64,000 bases of DNA from Bacteroidia bacterium (lineage in GTDB: Bacteria; Bacteroidota; Bacteroidia; UKL13-3): NCBI GenBank assembly GCA_044351265.1, contig JBILGC010000006.1, forward strand, positions 3,167 to 67,166. Reading direction: 5' to 3'. Below the pieces are notes generated by a model that saw only the letters and a program-made list of their open reading frames with translations, did no database searches and had not been told where the DNA came from. Below are positions 56,894-64,000 of this stretch, in pieces; the stretch's first letter is position 1; each line of letters opens with the position of its first letter. The position numbers were made by a program, and so were the translations under genes.

Positions 56894-58589
56894 ACTTTTT
56901 CTCTTTTATTTTTTTATCCAGTGTTTCACTTTCTGAGCCAAGTTCTTTTGCTTTATTCCAAAACTCAAGTGCTTTTTCAGATTTATTTAATTTAAAAAAC
57001 ACGTCACCCATATGTTCCACTACTTCTGCGCTGTTAGGTGAAGCGGCCAAGGATTTTTCAATATACTCTTTCGCGAGTTCAAATCTTTTTTGTTGAAACA
57101 ATATCCAGCCATAGGTATCAAGATAAGAAGAGTTGCTAGGATCTAAATCCAGACTGCGTTTAGACATTTCTTCTGCTTTTTCCAACTGTGTTTTACCCAG
57201 ACTAAGGAAATAAGCATAATTATTTAATGCATAAGCATTGTTTTTATCTATTGTAAGTGCTTTTTCATAAGCAGCATAGCATGCAGAATCATTTTTCAAG
57301 TAGTGATTGGCATCACCAAGATTGGAATACAATTGTATGAGCACTTCATCATTACCTTCAGCAAGCTCTATTCCTTTGCTTGCGCTATTTACCGCTTTTT
57401 CATATTCCTTTAACTGTATGCTGGCAATGGAATAATAGGCAAAAAACAATACTTCCATGGGAAAATATTCTATCGCCTTTTCACAGTCCGACTGCAATAG
57501 TTTATTGTCGCGCATTTCACCACTGCAATAAATCATTTGTTGCCATGCGACCAATGTATTTGGCTCCAGTTCAACGGCCCGCTGATATTTATATCTTGCT
57601 TCTTTGAATAGTTTATCCTGCACATACAAATCGCCTATAACCATATGTGCTGTTGCTTCCTGCGGATTCCCCTTGGCAAATGCATCGGCCAATTCATAAC
57701 ATTTTAGGCGGTGGCCATCTGCTTTTCCGTTGGCAATATAATTTACTAAAATGGCTAGTTTTGTTTTTACTTCAACATTGGTTGATTGCATGCCTAAAAG
57801 GGTATGCTTGTACCAATTCGCTTCATCGTTTTTGCCATTATAATAATCAGCATAAGCAAAATGCGCGTAGCCATTTCCTGGCTCCAATTCAAGTATTTTA
57901 TCATACAGCTTAAGGGCCTCTGCAGTTTTGTTGCTATTCATATATAAATCAGCCAGCATTCCCAGGTATCGTGTTTCGTTTGGCTTAAGCGCAATGAGCT
58001 TTTGTACCTCCTTAATAGCCTTAGATATTTTATTCTGCGCCATATAAATCTGTTCTTTTTGCCGGATTACATCCTCATTTACGCCAATTACTTTTTCCAG
58101 TTTATCTAGCGTTTGAATGGCGGATTTATATTCTCTGCCGCGGGCAAATAGATAAGCAGCTTCTGTTAAATGACTAGCTTCGTTCTCGCGCTTGCTTAAA
58201 AGTAAATGCTGCTTACCAGCGTCATTGTATTTTTTTCTTGCTTGGTAAATTTCGGTAAGCAGTATTTGATACCAAATATTTTGGCCATCAATTTGAATGG
58301 CTTTTTGAGCAAACATCTCCGCATCAATCATCAGCCCTTTGGAATAATATACATCTGCTAGCATATAATATACGGCTGCCTTTGTATCATCTAAGTATAA
58401 ACAGGCTTTAAAATAATTTATGGCTTCATCATAATTACCCAATATTTTTTCTTTGTTGCCATTAAAAAAGGAGGCATCAAATTGTATTTGTTGCTGCTCG
58501 CTGAGGGCTTGTTTCTTTTGGGCCCGTGCTTCAGGCAGCAGAAACAGCAGTGCCAAAGTAAGCAGGATATGTAGGGTGTATCTTTTCAA
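56883..58589 (-). CDS. Tetratricopeptide repeat protein (exported)
   Basis: Signal peptide, multiple TPRs, ALNNYAYFL, YLDTYGWIL. Confidence 0.9.
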   Translation of the reverse strand: MKRYTLHILLTLALLFLLPEARAQKKQALSEQQQIQFDASFFNGNKEKILGNYDEAINYFKACLYLDDTKAAVYYMLADVYYSKGLMIDAEMFAQKAIQIDGQNIWYQILLTEIYQARKKYNDAGKQHLLLSKRENEASHLTEAAYLFARGREYKSAIQTLDKLEKVIGVNEDVIRQKEQIYMAQNKISKAIKEVQKLIALKPNETRYLGMLADLYMNSNKTAEALKLYDKILELEPGNGYAHFAYADYYNGKNDEANWYKHTLLGMQSTNVEVKTKLAILVNYIANGKADGHRLKCYELADAFAKGNPQEATAHMVIGDLYVQDKLFKEARYKYQRAVELEPNTLVAWQQMIYCSGEMRDNKLLQSDCEKAIEYFPMEVLFFAYYSIASIQLKEYEKAVNSASKGIELAEGNDEVLIQLYSNLGDANHYLKNDSACYAAYEKALTIDKNNAYALNNYAYFLSLGKTQLEKAEEMSKRSLDLDPSNSSYLDTYGWILFQQKRFELAKEYIEKSLAASPNSAEVVEHMGDVFFKLNKSEKALEFWNKAKELGSESETLDKKIKEKKYVE

Positions 58590-58591
58590 AT

Positions 58592-59605
58592 TCAGGGCAT
58601 CACGGTGGTATAGTCGCCAATGCTCAGGTCTTTACTCTCACCATGGTATTCAACATGGTTACCTAACATTGCATTGTTTATCACGGCATTCTTAATGCTG
58701 CTGTTATTCTGAACTATACAATTTCCAACAACCGAGTTTTCTATAATGCAGCCATCACCGATAGATGCATAAGGTCCAACTACAGAACGTATGAGTTTCA
58801 CATTCTTACCTATAAACGAAGGCTGAATAATTGTAGATTGATTTATTTCTGCACTTTCGTCAATCATTTTAGCACCATCATTATGCATATGATGCAGGAT
58901 GCGGCCGTTGGTATAAACAGTTGAGTTTTTGTTTCCGCAATCCAACCATTCTTGCACTTTACCGGGTTCAAACTTCAGGCCTTTTTGTTTCATATTCTCC
59001 AGCGCATTGGTAAGCTGGTACTCGCCCTTCTCCATGATTTTATTATCGAGCAGGTATTGTAATTCATTGCGCAGGTTAGCGCCATCTCTGAAATAATAAA
59101 TGCCAATAATGGCTAAATCACTCACAAATGTTTGAGGTTTTTCTACAAAGTCGGTGATTACCCCTTCATCATTCAGTTTTACCACACCAAACTGACGCGG
59201 GTCTTCAATTTGCTGAACCCAAATTATGCCGTCCTTATTGCGGTCAAGCTTAAAGCCAGCCTTAAACAAAGTATCTGCAAACACCACCAATACATTTCCA
59301 TCAAGCGATTCCTTGGCGCACATAATGGCATGTGCAGTTCCCAGAGCCTCGTACTGATAATAAATGCTTCCTTTGGCACCTAACTTTTCAGCAACTGCAA
59401 TTAGGCTTTGCTCAACGGATTTACCAAAACTTGGATGAATGATATAAGCCACTTCTTCAATGCCTTCGCCACAAACCTCTTCCAGATCTTCAATAATTTT
59501 TTGAACAATGGGTTTCCCTGCAACAGGAATTAGCGGTTTGGGAATAGTTAAGGTATGTGGCCTCATTCTCTTGCCCATACCTGCCATAGGTACAATAATC
59601 TTCAT
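58592..59605 (-). CDS. Sugar-phosphate nucleotidyltransferase
   Basis: PMAGMGKRMRPHT...PKPL, LGTAHA, VEKP, WLDCG, C-terminal left-handed beta-helix. Confidence 0.92.
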   Translation of the reverse strand: MKIIVPMAGMGKRMRPHTLTIPKPLIPVAGKPIVQKIIEDLEEVCGEGIEEVAYIIHPSFGKSVEQSLIAVAEKLGAKGSIYYQYEALGTAHAIMCAKESLDGNVLVVFADTLFKAGFKLDRNKDGIIWVQQIEDPRQFGVVKLNDEGVITDFVEKPQTFVSDLAIIGIYYFRDGANLRNELQYLLDNKIMEKGEYQLTNALENMKQKGLKFEPGKVQEWLDCGNKNSTVYTNGRILHHMHNDGAKMIDESAEINQSTIIQPSFIGKNVKLIRSVVGPYASIGDGCIIENSVVGNCIVQNNSSIKNAVINNAMLGNHVEYHGESKDLSIGDYTTVMP

Positions 59606-59649
59606 TTTGCTTTACTTATGCTTCTTTAAGCCAACTTATCAGTAATTAT

Positions 59650-60081
59650 TTATTTTCCTGTACTTCCGTAACCACTTGCGCCACGTGTGGTTTCAGAGAG
59701 CGAGTGTGTTTCATTCCAATGCACCTTTGCATGAGATGCAACAATCATCTGGGCTATACGCTCACCATTTGCAATTGTAAAATCTACATCGCCAAAGTTA
59801 ATGAGCAGTACTTTTATTTCACCACGATAATCGGCATCAATGGTCCCGGGGGAGTTGAGAACGGTAACCCCATGTTTTAATGCTAAACCGCTTCTTGGTC
59901 TAATCTGTGCTTCAAACCCCGGAGGGAGCTCAATATACAACCCTGTGGGAATAAGTGCTCTTGCGCCTGGTTTAATAATGACAGGCTCAGAAACAAATGC
60001 CCTTATATCCATACCGGCAGCATGGGTTGTTTCATAAGCCGGCAAGGCATGGTTTGATTGATTGATGATGCTAATTAGCAT
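59650..60081 (-). CDS. dut: dUTP diphosphatase
   Basis: [34 protein letters not shown]; -7 TATTTTCG at 60102-60095. Confidence 0.97.
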   Translation of the reverse strand: MLISIINQSNHALPAYETTHAAGMDIRAFVSEPVIIKPGARALIPTGLYIELPPGFEAQIRPRSGLALKHGVTVLNSPGTIDADYRGEIKVLLINFGDVDFTIANGERIAQMIVASHAKVHWNETHSLSETTRGASGYGSTGK

Positions 60082-60262
60082 AGGAATAACCAAGCGAAAA
60101 TAGGCTTTTTATTTAAATAATTTTGTTGATGAACAAAACACTGAATGCATATGCCATTTAAGAGGTTAAAGCTGCGTTTATGTAACTCTGATTTTTTCAG
60201 GTTTTGAAACCAAGATTTTAAAAACGATTCATATAAATTTGCCAAACTAATTGCTTAAAAAC

Positions 60263-61285
60263 ATGAAAAAACTATTTACTACTGTTTTATCACTGGCACT
60301 TTTAACACCTGCTTTTGCTCAAATTCAAATTGTAAGAACTGATTTTGGAGACACAGGTGATAAGATTTATGTTGGAGGCCAGATAGCATTTCCTGCTCCT
60401 CTTAGCGCGGGCGCTGCAGGTGCAAATAAAATATGGGATTTCAGTGCATTGAAGCCAGAGTATTTCGATAGCACCACTTTTATTTCTGCTAGCGGTCTTC
60501 CTAATGCACCTGAAGAAGCTACCCACGGGATTATAACGGGAGAAGACACCGCATACTTTATTGTAAATAACGATGCTGTTACAACTATTATTCAACCACA
60601 GGAATTACCGGGATTTGAAGGTAAATTGCGAGCACTGGCTTTTCCACTAGATTATTTAGATAGCTTTAGTGATACCGTTAAAATAGCCATTTTTGGTACA
60701 CCAGCAGACTTTGGTATTCCATTTCCTGCCGATTCAGTTCGCATCATTGGTAATGTAATTTCAGAAAGTGTAGCAGATGGTTACGGCACTTTGAAAACGC
60801 CTACCGATAACTATGAAGTGCTGCGTGTAAAGGCTGAAATTAGAACCAACGTAGCTATCGGATTTAAACTATTGGGCAGCTGGAATAATTTTGGTAACCA
60901 AATTGATACGACCAGAACCATTTCTTGGTATGCAAAGAATGGTGTTTATGCCATAGCTACAGCGAATTTAGATTCTACCGGTTTTATAAGTGATTTAGAA
61001 TGGCAGGTTGATTCTATTTATGAGATTATTCCTACAGGATTGTCTTCTGTATTTAATGATGATGTAGATTTTAAAATGTATCCAAATCCTGCCTCATCTA
61101 TTTTGAATATTGAAATGGCTTACCAGGTAAAACAAGGTATAATACTTGATTTGAGCGGAAGAGAAGTGATGCAGTTTACCGGAAACAGCGTTAATATAGC
61201 ACAATTGGGTAATGGTTTATATCAGGTATTAATTAAAACCGAAAACGGATTAGGTTGTAAACGACTACTAATTCAACATGAATAA
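60263..61285 (+). CDS. T9SS type A sorting domain-containing protein
   Basis: Signal peptide, GANKIWDFS, DGYGTLKTP, C-terminal MYPNPA...GLYQV. Confidence 0.88.
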   Translation: MKKLFTTVLSLALLTPAFAQIQIVRTDFGDTGDKIYVGGQIAFPAPLSAGAAGANKIWDFSALKPEYFDSTTFISASGLPNAPEEATHGIITGEDTAYFIVNNDAVTTIIQPQELPGFEGKLRALAFPLDYLDSFSDTVKIAIFGTPADFGIPFPADSVRIIGNVISESVADGYGTLKTPTDNYEVLRVKAEIRTNVAIGFKLLGSWNNFGNQIDTTRTISWYAKNGVYAIATANLDSTGFISDLEWQVDSIYEIIPTGLSSVFNDDVDFKMYPNPASSILNIEMAYQVKQGIILDLSGREVMQFTGNSVNIAQLGNGLYQVLIKTENGLGCKRLLIQHE

Positions 61286-61289
61286 TTAT

Positions 61290-61316
61290 AAAAAAGGGCT
61301 CACCAGAGCCCTTTTT
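61290..61316. terminator. Bidirectional intrinsic terminator
   Basis: AAAAAGGGCTC-acca-GAGCCCTTTTT. Confidence 0.88.
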
Positions 61317-61414
61317 AATTGTATACCGATGAACGAAAAAGTTGTGATTGAAATGGATGTATAATCTCTTCACGCAGATAACCGTCACGCAAGGCGGGAT
61401 GAAGTGCGTGTGTT

Positions 61415-63208
61415 TTAAATCCTTAATCCAATCCCCAACTCCTTCAACTGCTTCTCATCAATCGTACTTGGCGCATCAATCATTGTGTCCCGACCGCTGT
61501 TGTTTTTAGGGAAAGCAATGAAATCGCGGATAGAATCGGCTCCGCCAAAGAGGGAACACAACCTGTCAAATCCAAAAGCAATTCCCGCATGTGGTGGTGC
61601 TCCATACTGAAACGCATCCATTAAAAACCCAAATTGTTTCTGTGCTTCTTCGTGGCTAAATCCAAGCAACTCAAACATTTTAGCCTGTAAATCCTTGTTG
61701 TATATACGCACACTGCCACCGCCTACTTCTACACCGTTTATGACCATATCGTAAGCATTGGCTCTGGGCAATTTTATCTGACCGGGGCTTCTGTCTGTTA
61801 ATATTTCTTCTATGTGCTCTTTGAGCATTTGGTTAATCAGATATAAATCTTCAGGCTTGGGCGATGTAAATGGATGGTGCATGGCAAAATAGCGGCCTTC
61901 TTCTCCGTTATATTCCAGCAAAGGAAAATCTATTACCCACAAGCAGGAGTATGTATCTTTATTGCGTAAATCAAGTCGTGTACCCATTTCCAATCGCAGT
62001 TCCCCTAATGCTTTTCTGGTCTTTTCTTTTTCTCCTGCCAATACTAGAATCAAGTCTCCCGGTTGGGCTTGGCATTTTTCGACCCATAATTTTAATGCAG
62101 CTTCATCGTAAAATTTATCTACTGATGATTTAATGCTGCCATCATCATTAACCCTTGCATACACCAAACCATTTGCACCAATCTGCGGACGTTTTACAAA
62201 ATCGGTAAGCTCATCCAGTTGCTTGCGGGTATATTCAGCGCAACCTTTGGCACAAATAGCCACAACAAGTTCTGCGTCATCAAATACTTTAAAGTTTTTG
62301 CCTTTTACCACCTCATTCAATTTCACAAACTTCATATCAAAACGTGTATCGGGTTTATCGCTGCCATAATAGCGCATGGCATCTGCGTAAGTCATTCGAG
62401 GTAAAGATTCAATATCAATTCCTTTTACTGTTTTAAACAAATGCTTTATCAAACCTTCAAACATTTGCAGCACATCCTCCTGTTCTACAAAGCTCATTTC
62501 GCAATCTATCTGCGTAAATTCAGGTTGACGGTCGGCACGCAGGTCTTCATCTCTGAAACATTTTACAATCTGGTAGTATTTATCAAAGCCGCTAACCATA
62601 AGCAGCTGTTTAAAAGTTTGCGGTGATTGAGGCAAGGCATAAAACTCACCCGGATTCATGCGGCTGGGCACCACAAAATCACGAGCTCCTTCGGGGGTTG
62701 ATTTAATTAAAACCGGGGTTTCTACTTCTATAAATTCTTTTGCATCCAGATACACACGGGTTTGTTTAGCCACCTGGTGGCGCAGTTGCAGGTTGGATCT
62801 AACAGATGCCCTGCGCAAATCCAAATAGCGGTATTTCATACGCAAATCATCACCACCATCTGTATTTTCTTCAATGGTAAAAGGTGGTGTTGCAGCTTCA
62901 TTCAGAATTTTAAAATCGCTTACACTAATTTCAATTTCACCTGTTGGTATCTGGTTATTCTTACTTTCTCGCTCTTTAACCATGCCGCTAACCTGCAACA
63001 CAAATTCGCGTCCGAGTTTTCTTGCACCCATGCAGAGGGTTTCGTTGCTGTCCATATTAAATGCAAGTTGGGTAATGCCGTAACGATCTCTTAAATCAAT
63101 AAAAGTCATTCCGCCTAAATCTCTGCTCTTTTGCACCCAGCCGCAAAGGGTTACCGTTTTGCCGGCATCTGCAATTCTCAATTCTCCGCAGGTATGTGTT
63201 CTTAGCAT
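61415..63208 (-). CDS. aspS: Aspartate--tRNA ligase
   Basis: [48 protein letters not shown]. Confidence 0.98.
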   Translation of the reverse strand: MLRTHTCGELRIADAGKTVTLCGWVQKSRDLGGMTFIDLRDRYGITQLAFNMDSNETLCMGARKLGREFVLQVSGMVKERESKNNQIPTGEIEISVSDFKILNEAATPPFTIEENTDGGDDLRMKYRYLDLRRASVRSNLQLRHQVAKQTRVYLDAKEFIEVETPVLIKSTPEGARDFVVPSRMNPGEFYALPQSPQTFKQLLMVSGFDKYYQIVKCFRDEDLRADRQPEFTQIDCEMSFVEQEDVLQMFEGLIKHLFKTVKGIDIESLPRMTYADAMRYYGSDKPDTRFDMKFVKLNEVVKGKNFKVFDDAELVVAICAKGCAEYTRKQLDELTDFVKRPQIGANGLVYARVNDDGSIKSSVDKFYDEAALKLWVEKCQAQPGDLILVLAGEKEKTRKALGELRLEMGTRLDLRNKDTYSCLWVIDFPLLEYNGEEGRYFAMHHPFTSPKPEDLYLINQMLKEHIEEILTDRSPGQIKLPRANAYDMVINGVEVGGGSVRIYNKDLQAKMFELLGFSHEEAQKQFGFLMDAFQYGAPPHAGIAFGFDRLCSLFGGADSIRDFIAFPKNNSGRDTMIDAPSTIDEKQLKELGIGLRI

Positions 63209-63318
63209 AGCTTGTTTCGTTCATTAATAGAATGGGCGAAAATACTAAAAGCATAGGTTAAATTGCATACTTCATGCGATTCCATTTCCTAAAAAGTAGT
63301 AAGTTGCATGTCAAATAA

Positions 63319-63768
63319 ATGATGAGCGAATTATTTACTGACGAATATTTTATGAAGTTGGCTTTGGCAGAAGCACGCAAGGCTTATGATGCAGGTGAGG
63401 TGCCCGTTGGAGCCGTAGTAGTGGCTAACGATAGAATTATTGGCAAAGGACATAACCTAACAGAAAAGTTGAATGATGTAACTGCGCATGCAGAAATGCA
63501 AGCCATTACTGCAGCAGCTAATTATCTTGGTGCCAAGTACCTAACGGAATGTACTTTGTATGTTACCCTTGAGCCTTGTGTAATGTGTGCCGGAGCACTT
63601 TTTTGGAGCCAGATACCAAAGGTGGTTTATGGAGCTTCCGATGAGAAAAGGGGTTATGGAAAGTATGGTGCCTTGCTGCATCCGCAAACAAATATTATTT
63701 CAGGAGTGATGGCAGAAGAGTGCAGCATATTACTGAAGGAATTTTTCAAGCAATTAAGAGAAACTTAA
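63319..63768 (+). CDS. tadA: tRNA adenosine deaminase family protein
   Basis: GEVPVGA, TAHAE, TLEPCVMC. Confidence 0.9.
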   Translation: MMSELFTDEYFMKLALAEARKAYDAGEVPVGAVVVANDRIIGKGHNLTEKLNDVTAHAEMQAITAAANYLGAKYLTECTLYVTLEPCVMCAGALFWSQIPKVVYGASDEKRGYGKYGALLHPQTNIISGVMAEECSILLKEFFKQLRET

Positions 63769-63819
63769 TCTGTGCGTACTTGTTTTAAGTATATTCGCAA
63801 CGCTTAAATAAAATAAATT

Positions 63820-64000
63820 ATGGCATTTGAATTACCAAAACTAACTTATGCGTATAACGCACTTGAACCGCACATTGATGCTCGTACTATGGAAATACAC
63901 CATACCAAGCATCATCAGGCCTATATCACCAATTTAAATAATGCGATAGCAGGCACGGACGCAGAGCAATTAAGTATTGAAGACATTTGTAAAAATATAA
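63820..64000 (+). CDS. Fe/Mn superoxide dismutase (3' end truncated by window edge)
   Basis: Not in the ORF track. Translates as [35 protein letters not shown]; -7 TATATTCG at 63790. Confidence 0.95.
   Translation, partial: MAFELPKLTYAYNALEPHIDARTMEIHHTKHHQAYITNLNNAIAGTDAEQLSIEDICKNI

Noticed and set aside
61368-61414. CACGCA direct/inverted motif downstream of aspS
   Set aside because: Only 6-bp matches; too short to distinguish from a weak terminator or chance.

Overview
AT-rich chromosomal segment of a Bacteroidota bacterium. The assignment rests on recurrent TAnnTTTG -7 promoter elements, the general absence of Shine-Dalgarno sites, T9SS C-terminal sorting domains, a CusA-TolC fusion and a split MetH. 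Most of the window is housekeeping: gltX, metK, uvrA, fbaB, accD, rpsO-pnp, gpsA, apaG, recR, metH, menA/menC, dut, aspS, tadA and sod. It also holds a TetR-paaABCD phenylacetyl-CoA epoxidase operon, two RND/TolC efflux loci, an HTH-Fic gene and a probable Pho-regulated lipid-remodelling gene pair. No rRNA, tRNA, CRISPR array, transposase or prophage was seen. The most striking structure is in the paa operon: all three paaA-B-C-D junctions carry arrays of a degenerate 8-nt unit (TTAGAAGG/TTGAAAGG/TTACAAGG). At paaA-paaB, two inverted arms enclose a four-helix-bundle (IVS/Avd-like) gene. At paaC-paaD, the same two arms form an empty hairpin. At paaB-paaC, a solo arm remains. An identical 19-mer begins exactly 10 nt after the paaA and paaC stop codons. 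This pattern suggests a small junction-targeting element that may act at the RNA level. Family assignments are from motif recognition only; no database searches were run.
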